Assembly: GCA_042219475.1 (NCBI GenBank)
Contig: JBDGPX010000042.1
Span: 1-55,308, forward strand
DNA length: 55,308 nt
Origin: Halobacteriales archaeon
Lineage (GTDB): Archaea; Halobacteriota; Halobacteria; Halobacteriales; Hikarchaeaceae
Direction of reading: 5' to 3'
Shown piece after piece: positions 41,987-50,816 of the stretch. The translations under genes were made by a program, and so were the position numbers. Every line of letters begins with the position of its first letter. Position 1 is the stretch's first letter. The notes under the pieces were generated by a model, which saw only the letters and a list, made by a program, of their open reading frames with translations, did no database searches and was not told where the DNA came from.

Positions 41987-42157
41987 ATGCCAGTACTCGG
42001 GATGCCGACGGACATGTTTCTCGTGTTCGTCGCGACACTGATCGCAGGTAGTATCGGGGCGATGCACTTCATCGTCGTCCACGTGATCATGGGCAAACCG
42101 GTCGACGAAGGAGTTCTGATAGCCACTCAAGAGCGAGGTGAGAGCGATGGTAGTTGA
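41987..42157 (+). CDS. 56-aa single-TM protein upstream of the symporter (below the ORF-track cutoff)
   Basis: MPVLGMPTDMFLVFVATLIAGSIGAMHFIVVHVIMGKP...; overlaps the symporter start by 11 nt. Confidence 0.75.
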   Translation: MPVLGMPTDMFLVFVATLIAGSIGAMHFIVVHVIMGKPVDEGVLIATQERGESDGS

Positions 42158-43610
42158 TCAGTTAGGTGAGGGAGTTAATCCGTTTTACCTCGGGACATTC
42201 ATCGTTTATCTGTTGATCGTGCTTGCCATCGGCGCATGGGGCTATCGACAGACAACGGACGTCAATGACTTCTGGGTCTACGGTAAAGACCTCGGGCCAT
42301 GGCTGGCGACCTGGTCGTATGTCGCGAACTTCGTCTCGGCGGTCTCGGTGATCGGGTTTATCGGCGCCGTCTACGGCGGCGGTTACTCGATCCTGACCGG
42401 GATCATCCTCGGCCTGATGCTGGGCGTATCGGCGCTGTATTTCGTGGTGCACAAGGTCCGCGAGCTAGATAAGGTGACCTTCCCTGACATCATCAGAGAA
42501 CTGACCGGCCGGGAAGTCGCTCGTCCGATCGCGGCGATTCCTCTGCTCGCGAACGCGTGGGTCTACCTGATCATGCAGCTGGTGGGCGCAAGCCTGCTGG
42601 TGACGACGATCACCGGCGTCCCCTACAAGTACATGATTTGGGTGATCGGCTTCGTCTTCATTGCCTACACCGTGATGGGAGGCCTCATCTCGGTCGCCTG
42701 GACGGATCTGATCCAGGGCACGGTGATGGTATCGACGGTATTCCTCGCGCTGATCTTCATCGTCATCGACCAGGGTGGCTTGACGGCGATCAACACCCAA
42801 TTCACCCAACTTGAAGCCGCCAACACCATGCCGCTCGGTGACGGAGCGTACACTATTATCGGAATGCTCGGTTCACTAGTAGCGTTCTTCGGGACCATCT
42901 TCACCTCCCAGGGGACGATCATTCGAATCAACGCGACCAAGGACATCCGGACGGCGAAGATCCACCTCGCCTTCGGTGGGTTGATCCTTTCGGTGTTCTA
43001 CATGGCACTGATCCTGCTGGGCGGTGGTGTCGACGTCGCGCTACACAACGCCGGATTAGCGAACTTCGAAAACGTCGACCAAGCGTTCCCCGTGTTCATC
43101 ACTGAGTACCTGCCAACTGGGATCGGCGTCATCGTGATCCTGGCGGTGATGTCAGCGATCCTCTCGACCACCGATACGCGCCTACACTCGACGGGAGTGA
43201 CGACCGCACGCGACATCTACGACTGGTACGCCGAGGATGCCTCGGACGAACAGCTCATGAAGGTCTCGCGGATCGCGACGATCTTCTGGGGGCTGACGGC
43301 GACGGCGATGGCGGTCGATCCGCCGGGAACGATCATTACGCTGTATACGTTCCGGGCGATCCTGCTGACTAGTGCCTTCCTAATCCCGATCTATCTCGGG
43401 TTGTACTGGCGCGGGGTTGCCGGCAACGCGGTTATCGCGTCGATCATCGTAGGGACAATCCTCGGCGTCGGCTGGGATCTCAGCGGTGGCTTCTTCGGCG
43501 TCCCGGCGACGTTTATGGGCGTCGGCGGCGCGATTCTCGCCCTAGTGATCGGCCACTACATCTGGTCGGAATCGGGCGGCTCACCGACGGCCACCGCAGC
43601 CGGCGAGTAA
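42147..43610 (+). CDS. Sodium:solute symporter (PutP/SSS family)
   Basis: About 13 TM helices; YTVMGGLISVAWTDLIQG, SAILSTTD; SD-like GAGGTGA upstream. Confidence 0.93.
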   Translation: MVVDQLGEGVNPFYLGTFIVYLLIVLAIGAWGYRQTTDVNDFWVYGKDLGPWLATWSYVANFVSAVSVIGFIGAVYGGGYSILTGIILGLMLGVSALYFVVHKVRELDKVTFPDIIRELTGREVARPIAAIPLLANAWVYLIMQLVGASLLVTTITGVPYKYMIWVIGFVFIAYTVMGGLISVAWTDLIQGTVMVSTVFLALIFIVIDQGGLTAINTQFTQLEAANTMPLGDGAYTIIGMLGSLVAFFGTIFTSQGTIIRINATKDIRTAKIHLAFGGLILSVFYMALILLGGGVDVALHNAGLANFENVDQAFPVFITEYLPTGIGVIVILAVMSAILSTTDTRLHSTGVTTARDIYDWYAEDASDEQLMKVSRIATIFWGLTATAMAVDPPGTIITLYTFRAILLTSAFLIPIYLGLYWRGVAGNAVIASIIVGTILGVGWDLSGGFFGVPATFMGVGGAILALVIGHYIWSESGGSPTATAAGE

Positions 43611-43627
43611 CCACACACCCGACTTCA

Positions 43628-43640
43628 CCCGTTCTTTTTC
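43628..43640 (+). terminator. Archaeal oligo-U terminator of the symporter gene
   Basis: TTCTTTTTC about 20 nt after the stop codon. Confidence 0.5.
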
Positions 43641-43683
43641 GATCAGATATGGCGAAGAGCCGCGGGCGTCTCGTCCGCTTGAT

Positions 43684-44058
43684 TAACCGATAGCGGATAC
43701 CGCCGTCTTGAGGCGGAGGTCGAGCGGTCGGCCGGATGGGCAGCCGCCGACAGTGGCCGGGCGGGATTTCGACGGTTAAGCGTTTGTTGTGGCCCGGTGT
43801 AGCATAGAGTGCTACGGAATCGGTGATATACCGGCCCCGAAGGAGGGGGATGGCGAGCCAACAGTGGTTCGCACGGCGATGACACGGATTCCGATGGGAC
43901 CTGTTTGACCGGGCCACAGCCCGATACGGGAGAGCAAACGAGCGTTTCGCCGGGATATTCCCGGTTCCCCCCTGAGTGCGGGTTGGAACCTCGAACGCCA
44001 CACCCGGCGGGAATTCCATGGTGGGATTCCACGTCCTTCAGGGCCTGGAGGAGGTCAA
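43684..44058 (+). mobile_element. Non-autonomous IS200/IS605-derived element containing only an omegaRNA
   Basis: Preceded by TTGAT (43679-43683); left hairpin CCGCCGTCTTGAGGCGG (43700-43716); right end GTGGGATTCC...GGAGGAGGTCAA matching 361-398; no tnpA/tnpB ORF. Confidence 0.82.
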
Positions 44059-44078
44059 TAACCGATAGGGATCGAATG
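43810..44078 (+). ncRNA. Stand-alone TnpB omegaRNA (scaffold plus guide); 5' end approximate
   Basis: Shares CGATGAC, GATGGG, TTGACCGGGCCACA (43905-43918 = 252-265) and the 3' end with the tnpB-linked copy; compensatory stem changes. Confidence 0.8.
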
Positions 44079-44093
44079 CGAACCGGTGGACCG

Positions 44094-45254
44094 TCAGTCC
44101 AACAGCTCCCGGACGGCCCGCTTCAACACACGGAGTCCCGTGCCGGCCTGTGCGAGGTCGGTGTGTTCGTCGAACGTGTGAGCCTGATCGAGCGGACCAG
44201 GACCCCAGGTGACGGCTTCGATATCGGCGTCATTGACGAAGTTCCGGACATCGGTAGAGGCCTGGATGCCCCAGGGATCGCGTGAGATATCGGCGATGTC
44301 CTCGCTGTGGTCCCGGAGCGTCTCCGCCAGTTCGCTGTCGACAGGGATCTCGGCGGATTCGTAGGTGCGGGTACGCTCCCACTCGATTTCGATGTCGTGT
44401 TCGTCCTCGATGTCAGAGAGCAAAGCATCGATCTCGGCATCGATCTCCTCGGTCGATTCGGCCGGCAAGAACCGACGGTCGATCGTGATCGTTGCCCGTT
44501 CGGGAACGACGTTCTCCTTAGTGCCAGCTTCGAACATCGTGACCGTCGAGTACGCCTGCCCGACCAGCTCGTCCTCCCGCTGGCGGACCCTGGCATCATA
44601 CTCGATCAGGGCATCCAGTACCGGTCGGGCGTTGAGGATGGCGTTCGAGCCCTGATCCGGCCGGCTCGCGTGGGATGGATCACCCTCGATCGTTATCTCG
44701 TACCACGCGAGGCCTTTCTCGCTGGTCGCGGTCCGCAGCTCTGTCGGCTCAAGGACGACACCGTAATCGCCGTCGTATCCCAGCTCCAGCAGGCGTTTGG
44801 TTCCCGGTTCGGCAGTTTCCTCGCCGATGGCGGCATGGACGACGATCGATCCGTCGATGTCGCCCGATTCCAGGGGCTCCTGCAATTCGGCCGCCGCCAT
44901 CATCGCGACGGCGACACCACCTTTCATATCCGCACTACCTCGGCCATAGAGTTTACCATCCTCGATCGTACCACCGTATGGATCGTAGGCCCATTCGTCG
45001 CGGTCCCCGGCCGGAACGACATCGATGTGGCCATTCAGGACGACGGTCGGGTCGCCCGAACCGACTTGAGCGGCGACCTGTGGTCGGTCCTCGTAGGGAT
45101 CGCCGATGAGTTCGGCATCGATCCCGCGATCGCTGAACCACTCCTGAATGTATTCGGCACACGGTGCTTCATTGCCCGGCGGGTTTTCGGTCTCGATCGA
45201 GACCAGATCGGCGAGCAACGATTCGAGCTCCTCGTGGCGTGGTACGGCTGCCAT
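44094..45254 (-). CDS. M20 metallopeptidase/deacylase (ArgE/DapE family)
   Basis: NGHIDVVP, GRGSADMKGG, GEE, HAS.P, GPG..DQAH..DE. Confidence 0.93.
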   Translation of the reverse strand: MAAVPRHEELESLLADLVSIETENPPGNEAPCAEYIQEWFSDRGIDAELIGDPYEDRPQVAAQVGSGDPTVVLNGHIDVVPAGDRDEWAYDPYGGTIEDGKLYGRGSADMKGGVAVAMMAAAELQEPLESGDIDGSIVVHAAIGEETAEPGTKRLLELGYDGDYGVVLEPTELRTATSEKGLAWYEITIEGDPSHASRPDQGSNAILNARPVLDALIEYDARVRQREDELVGQAYSTVTMFEAGTKENVVPERATITIDRRFLPAESTEEIDAEIDALLSDIEDEHDIEIEWERTRTYESAEIPVDSELAETLRDHSEDIADISRDPWGIQASTDVRNFVNDADIEAVTWGPGPLDQAHTFDEHTDLAQAGTGLRVLKRAVRELLD

Positions 45255-45406
45255 AGCCGAAGTGAGACCGACTCGGCGCAAAAAGCCATCGTCGTCGTGA
45301 AGAACCACGAGTGATTAACGGCTATCGGGCGGCCAGCACGGCGTATCAAGACAGGGACAACGGTGACCCAAGGATCTTGCCTATCCGGCCCCGAAACGGG
45401 CTATCG

Positions 45407-46027
45407 ATGACAGACGAGCGCGAACAGTGGAACACCCTCTATGCCGGCGGGACGTTCGATCCGAGTACTGAACCGTCGGCACTGTTGACAGCATATATCG
45501 ATACCCTCCCCAGAGGACGGGCGCTCGATATCGCCACCGGCAACGGCCGCAACGCCGTTTATCTGGCCGAACAGGGATTCGACGTCGATGCGATCGACAT
45601 CGCCGATCAGGCGTTAGCACGAGCCCGGGATCTGGCGGCCGATCGAGGCGTCTCGGTCAACTGGATTCAGGCCGATATCAGCTCGTATCCGTTTCCGTCG
45701 GCGACATACGACGTCGTGATGGCCAGCCAGTACTACAAGCTCGATCGCATCACTGATTTCAAGGGGGCGCTCACGCCGGGTGGCTATCTGCTGTTTGAGC
45801 ATCACCTCCGGTCGGCCGATCCCGTCGATATCGGGCCAGGGACCGAACACTATCGGTTCGGGGCGAATGAACTCCTCCGGAGCTGTCTCGATCTCACGGT
45901 GTTACACTACGAGGAGAAATCCTACGAGCGGGATGGGCGGACCGGCGCCAAGGCGATGCTGGTCGCGCGCAAATCGACCGGTGCTGCCCAATCGTATCCG
46001 CGGCGCAAAGACCGTAATGTCGAGTGA
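45407..46027 (+). CDS. Class I SAM-dependent methyltransferase (TehB-like)
   Basis: ALDIATGNGRNAVYLA, LTPGG. Confidence 0.9.
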   Translation: MTDEREQWNTLYAGGTFDPSTEPSALLTAYIDTLPRGRALDIATGNGRNAVYLAEQGFDVDAIDIADQALARARDLAADRGVSVNWIQADISSYPFPSATYDVVMASQYYKLDRITDFKGALTPGGYLLFEHHLRSADPVDIGPGTEHYRFGANELLRSCLDLTVLHYEEKSYERDGRTGAKAMLVARKSTGAAQSYPRRKDRNVE

Positions 46028-46252
46028 TGCACGGAACGATCGAGGCCCGAATAAGCTTCCTTCAGGGTCAAACTTCGCCTTGTGTAAAATCCCGACATGG
46101 ACCTTAGTCCCCAGGGGCGATCCAGTGATCGAATCACGGGACATCGAACATGAGTCAATGAAACACCACGTAGAGCACGATACTTGGAAATAATACGTCC
46201 ATCATCGTAATAATCAAATATCTTTAAACGATAGGCGTTCCGAAACCGAAGT

Positions 46253-46771
46253 ATGCAGGAGCCGGATACGCGAGCTGCCGATTTGGATGAAACCGATCTC
46301 GCACTATTGGAGTATATCGAATCCGATTTCGACGTCAACCTCGAGGAACTCTCCGAGGAGCTCGGCCTCTCGAAATCGGCCATCCACTATCGCATCAACA
46401 AGCTACGCGATGAAAACATCATCCAAGGAGTCTCGGCCGAACTCGATCCGCTCGCGTTCGGGTTGAACATGATGATGATCACGGAGGTGTCGGTAACACA
46501 CGAGCGTGGATACGCCGAACAGATCGGCGAACAACTCGCGGCTGTCGACGGGGTGCAGCGGGTCTACTACACCATGGGCGATGTGGATTTCGTCGTGATC
46601 TCCCGTGTCCAAAACCGCGATCAGATGAACGAACTGCTCGATGTCATCGTCGGGATCGATGGCGTCAACGAGACATCGTCGCGATTCGTCATGCAAGAGA
46701 TGAGTCCGCCCGGCGGCACCCTCTCGAATATGTCCGATCAGATGCGGGAAACCGTTCTCGACCACGAGTGA
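46253..46771 (+). CDS. Lrp/AsnC transcriptional regulator
   Basis: LDETDLALL, ELGLSKSAIHYRINKL, YTMGDVDF; TATA-like TTTAAA at 46223-46228. Confidence 0.93.
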   Translation: MQEPDTRAADLDETDLALLEYIESDFDVNLEELSEELGLSKSAIHYRINKLRDENIIQGVSAELDPLAFGLNMMMITEVSVTHERGYAEQIGEQLAAVDGVQRVYYTMGDVDFVVISRVQNRDQMNELLDVIVGIDGVNETSSRFVMQEMSPPGGTLSNMSDQMRETVLDHE

Positions 46772-46840
46772 ATCTGGACATTTCGGTGAGCGAGATCGAT
46801 CGACAATTGTGGTATGTGAACATGTTTGATCGGAAAGAGG

Positions 46841-46848
46841 TTTATAAA
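46841..46848 (+). promoter_or_regulatory. TATA box with upstream BRE-like purines
   Basis: GAAAGAGG-TTTATAAA starting 33 nt before the ATG at 46874. Confidence 0.6.
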
Positions 46849-46873
46849 CGTCAGCCGTAATACAACCAAGAGA

Positions 46874-47560
46874 ATGGAGATCGAAGAGAGCGTCTCGGGA
46901 TTCAAAACAACCGGCGATTGGGGACGCATCGTCGAACACGGTGAGCGGATCACCCGGGCGCTTCGGGAAGCGGGTGTCGAGGGACAGGAATTCGAGGACT
47001 GGAACGACTGGCGACCGAAATCCCACGAAATCATCGGCGAGGACATCCGCAAGAAAACGGCCCAGTACGCAAGTGTCAGTGAAGGTGCCGGCGAAAAAGC
47101 TGGCGAGTCGCCAAACGACGACCTTCAGACCGCCAGCGATCGCCTCGCCGATTCGTACGAATCGCTCGAAGACAACGACACGGAATCGGCGGTCGAGCAG
47201 TGGCAGGATTCAGTCAGCTATGTCGCTCGAGCGGCGGATTCGGCCGGTCGGAAGGCACTGCGTTCGGTCGAAGATACTGTCTTCCGTCGAGTGATGACCC
47301 AGGTTGCTCCCTATTATTTCGACAACGGGCTTATCAGCGCGAATATCTCCCGGACCCGTGACAGCCAGGACCCTTTCAGATTCGAAGTCAATATCAATGA
47401 CGATGAACTGAAAGAGGAAGTCCGCGAGCAGCTCGAACGGTTCAACGACGAGATCGATCGGTGGCACGTCGACACCGAAAAACAAACCGAGAACTTCGAG
47501 GCGGTCGAGGGTGTCGAAGCGCCCGACACCGACGACGATTCGAGCTCGACAACGACGTAG
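46874..47560 (+). CDS. Conserved haloarchaeal protein (DUF5828-like)
   Basis: EESVSGFK..GDW..IVEHGERIT, WRPK, PYYFDN. Confidence 0.8.
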   Translation: MEIEESVSGFKTTGDWGRIVEHGERITRALREAGVEGQEFEDWNDWRPKSHEIIGEDIRKKTAQYASVSEGAGEKAGESPNDDLQTASDRLADSYESLEDNDTESAVEQWQDSVSYVARAADSAGRKALRSVEDTVFRRVMTQVAPYYFDNGLISANISRTRDSQDPFRFEVNINDDELKEEVREQLERFNDEIDRWHVDTEKQTENFEAVEGVEAPDTDDDSSSTTT

Positions 47561-47618
47561 CCGGGACCGGCTTCGCTAGACCACGACAGTCCGGATCGAT
47601 CGAGACCGATCCCGGCTC

Positions 47619-49019
47619 TCAATCCTCGACGATCGATTCACTTCCGGCCGATCGTGTCGAATCCGCTTCTTCAGAGTCCGGCGTTTGTTCATCGATCGAT
47701 TCCTGTGATGACGACGCGGAGATTCGGGCTTCCATGATGCGCGTGTTATCGACCTGTTCGACCCGGATGGTGACGCCGTCGTAGACGATCTCCTCGCCTT
47801 CCTCGACGAGTCGACCGGCCCGGTTGAAAATGAACCCGGCGATGGTCTCGAATTCCTCGCCCTCGGGGAGCTCTAAGTCGAGGACCTCGTTGACTTCATC
47901 GATGTTGACCTCGCCGCGGACCAGAACCGTCTCATCATCGATGAATTCGATCGGTTCCGCCTCTTCGCCTTCGAGGATTTCACCGACGATCTCCTCGGTC
48001 ATATCCTCCATGGTCACTAGTCCTTCGGTGGTACCGAACTCATCGATGACGACAACCATCTGCATGCGGTTTTCCCGCATCTCGGTCAACAGCTCGTCGA
48101 CGTTTTTGGATTCGGGGACGTGAAGGGTCGGCTGGATCAGATCCTCGAGTTCGACATCTTCGGATTCGCCGTAGAACCGCTCGCGGATCAGATCTCGAAT
48201 ATTGACGATCCCGATGACGTTGTCGAGACTGCCCCGATAGACCGGCAGGCGCGTGTGTCCGCTCTGGATACACGTCTCGATAGCTTCCTCCAAGCTCTGG
48301 TCATGCGAGACTGCAACCATATCGAGCCGGGGGGTCATCACCTCCTTCGCGATCGTATTATTAAACCGGAAGATCCGTTGGAGCATCTCCCGTTCGTCCT
48401 CCTCGATCACACCCTCACGCTCGCCGGTCTCGATCATCCCCTGGATCTCATCGCGGGTGACGTAGGACGTCTCAATCGCCGATCGGCCGCCCGTGACTTT
48501 GTTGACGATCCGCGTGAGGTAATCGAAGGTGACGATCAGCGGCAACAGGAAATATTCGGAGATTTTGAGCGGTTTGGCGATCCGGAGCGCCCAGGATTCG
48601 GTGTTCTCGACGGCGTAAGACTTCGGTGCACTTTCACCGAAGAGCAAGACCAGGGCCGTGATCCCGAACGTGGCGATCGCGACCGCCTGTCCCTGGGTGA
48701 CGTACAGGGCAAGCAGACCGGTTGCGACCGATGACATCGCGATATTGACGATGTTGTTCCCGACGAGGATCGTCACCAACAGCCGGTGGGGATCCTTCTT
48801 CAACGCCGCAACCGTTTCTGCCCCAGGACGACCGTCATCGACCATTTTATCGATGCGATGTTTCGCCAGCGAGAACATGGCGATCTCCGAGGAGGAGAAA
48901 AACGCCGACAACCCAAGCAGGATCACGATGAAGACAATGCCAACGGCGGTCACTAGCCCCGTCGAGATCGGAACGCCGAATACGGAGGCGAGCGGGTCAG
49001 CAACAGCACTCAGCAACAT
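47619..49019 (-). CDS. CNNM/CorC-type (hemolysin family) membrane protein with CBS pair
   Basis: SAFFSSSE.A, ILVGNN, FGE..PK, VMTPR, VIDEFGTTEGLVTMED, CorC domain; start uncertain. Confidence 0.93.
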   Translation of the reverse strand: MLLSAVADPLASVFGVPISTGLVTAVGIVFIVILLGLSAFFSSSEIAMFSLAKHRIDKMVDDGRPGAETVAALKKDPHRLLVTILVGNNIVNIAMSSVATGLLALYVTQGQAVAIATFGITALVLLFGESAPKSYAVENTESWALRIAKPLKISEYFLLPLIVTFDYLTRIVNKVTGGRSAIETSYVTRDEIQGMIETGEREGVIEEDEREMLQRIFRFNNTIAKEVMTPRLDMVAVSHDQSLEEAIETCIQSGHTRLPVYRGSLDNVIGIVNIRDLIRERFYGESEDVELEDLIQPTLHVPESKNVDELLTEMRENRMQMVVVIDEFGTTEGLVTMEDMTEEIVGEILEGEEAEPIEFIDDETVLVRGEVNIDEVNEVLDLELPEGEEFETIAGFIFNRAGRLVEEGEEIVYDGVTIRVEQVDNTRIMEARISASSSQESIDEQTPDSEEADSTRSAGSESIVED

Positions 49020-49286
49020 GGAGATTCCAGTAACCAAGCTTGCGTGGCCGGTGAAATAAGAATTGTCCATAGAATTCACTGCTTGCAACGACAACAAACG
49101 AACGCAATCACCCATAACGACGACCAGGCTACACTCAGGACTATTGATAGACGCGTCGAAATTCGGTACGTTCTCCCCAAGACGACGTACCACCGACAAC
49201 CCCCGCCGCGCCGTTCACGGCGGGCGTAGGTGACGATCCCTGCCGCGAGCGAAGTGTTTAGGCGTCGTTCGGTCTAATAGACGAGT

Positions 49287-49574
49287 ATGTCCGACACACC
49301 GGCCATCACCCTATACCGTCTGCAAGCGTGTCCATACTGTGAACGCGTCGTCCGCAAGCTCGAGGAGTACGACCTCGCCTACGAGTCGAAATTCGTCGAG
49401 GCGATGCACTCCGATCGCAACGTCGTCAAGCGGATCAGTGGCAAACGGACGGTTCCGGCGCTCGTTGATGAGAACACGGGCGTGACGATGTCCGAGAGCG
49501 GCAATATCGTCGAGTACTTAGAGAAGACCTACGGCCAGTCGGTCGAACCCCCCGAAGCCGAAGCCGAGGTCTGA
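49287..49574 (+). CDS. Glutaredoxin/GST-N-like thiol oxidoreductase
   Basis: CPYC, TVP, ESGNIVEYL. Confidence 0.9.
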   Translation: MSDTPAITLYRLQACPYCERVVRKLEEYDLAYESKFVEAMHSDRNVVKRISGKRTVPALVDENTGVTMSESGNIVEYLEKTYGQSVEPPEAEAEV

Positions 49575-49579
49575 TTTCG

Positions 49580-50089
49580 ATGGTCGATTTCGATGTGGTC
49601 ACGCTCCCGGAGACAGATCACGTCGATGAGGGCGACCAGGCACCGGATTTCACACGACCGCTCGTCAACGAGGAATACTGGGAGGATGTAAGCCTCTCGG
49701 AGCTGACCGCGGCCGGACCGGTGTTGTTGGTCTTTCACCCGATGGACGGCGCGTTCCCGGCGACGTACATCTGGAACGAGATCAAAGACCGCGGATGGGA
49801 CGGGAATGTCGAGGTCGTCGGCGTGGCGATCTCGACGCCGTACGATCACAAACGCTTCATCCGGGAGCGTGGAATCGAGGGATACCGCCTTTTTTCCGAT
49901 CCGGCTAATGGCGTCGCCGCCGAATACGGGATCGTCAATGATCTCGACGGGATGGCCGGGATCACCGAGCCACGGCCGGCGGTCTATCTCATCGACGAAG
50001 ATCGGACAGTCCAGTACGTCTGGGTTGCCGAGGAATGGCCCGACTTCCCGCCATACGATGCCATCGAGGCGGAACTCAGCCGAGTGTAA
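49580..50089 (+). CDS. AhpC/TSA redoxin-fold protein lacking Cys
   Basis: GDQAPDFT, VLLVFHP, LFSDP, RPAVYLID; no cysteine in the protein. Confidence 0.85.
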   Translation: MVDFDVVTLPETDHVDEGDQAPDFTRPLVNEEYWEDVSLSELTAAGPVLLVFHPMDGAFPATYIWNEIKDRGWDGNVEVVGVAISTPYDHKRFIRERGIEGYRLFSDPANGVAAEYGIVNDLDGMAGITEPRPAVYLIDEDRTVQYVWVAEEWPDFPPYDAIEAELSRV

Positions 50090-50130
50090 TGGAGTCGAAC
50101 TGATTCATCACTCGAACACGTATCCAATCG

Positions 50131-50724
50131 ATGACTAGGACAATCGTCGACGCCGCCGCCGCGATCCGTGACGGGGAAGCCGTCATCTATCCGACCGAAA
50201 CCGTCTACGGGTTAGGTGCTGATGCGCTCGATCCAGCGGCGATCGATCGGGTTTACGAGTTGAAAGGCCGTTCCCGTGATAACCCGCTCTCGGTTGCTGT
50301 CCCCGACATCCCGACGGCGTTAGAGTACGTGGCGGCAACCGAACGCGACCGCGCGTTCATGCAGGCGTTTCTCCCCGGACCCGTGACCGTCATCTGTGAG
50401 GCGACACCGGCGATTCCCCGCGAACTCACGGCCGGCCGTGATCGAGTCGGGATCCGCATTCCGGATCATGATCTGGCATTGGAGTTACTCGAGGAGGTCG
50501 CCCCGATCACTGCCACGAGTGCGAACCGAAGTGGAACTGGCAGCGTGACCCACCCATCGGATCTCGATGCCGAACTTCATGAGGCGGTTGCGGTCGTCAT
50601 CGATGACGGCGAAACGCCCGGGACCGAAAGTACGGTCGTCGATCCCGGCCGGAACGAGATCCACCGACGGGGCGCGATGGCCGGTGCCGTCGACGCCTGG
50701 CTGCAGGATCAAGGCAGGGAATGA
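50131..50724 (+). CDS. tsaC: L-threonylcarbamoyladenylate synthase (TsaC/Sua5/YrdC)
   Basis: YPTETVYGL, KGR..NPL, PGPVT, GIRIP, TSANRSG, ESTVVD. Confidence 0.94.
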   Translation: MTRTIVDAAAAIRDGEAVIYPTETVYGLGADALDPAAIDRVYELKGRSRDNPLSVAVPDIPTALEYVAATERDRAFMQAFLPGPVTVICEATPAIPRELTAGRDRVGIRIPDHDLALELLEEVAPITATSANRSGTGSVTHPSDLDAELHEAVAVVIDDGETPGTESTVVDPGRNEIHRRGAMAGAVDAWLQDQGRE

Positions 50725-50816
50725 TCGAACTGTCTGTTACAGCGGACCCACGTTGAGCGCTCGCTGGACGATGCCAGGTTCGATCACCGGGGAGAAATTA
50801 TATCAGCGATATCGCG

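Noticed and set aside
43905-44285. ORF containing GIPWWDS, similar to ORF 320-520 (EIPWWDS)
   Set aside because: The peptide similarity is a by-product of the conserved omegaRNA/right-end nucleotide sequence, not a protein family.
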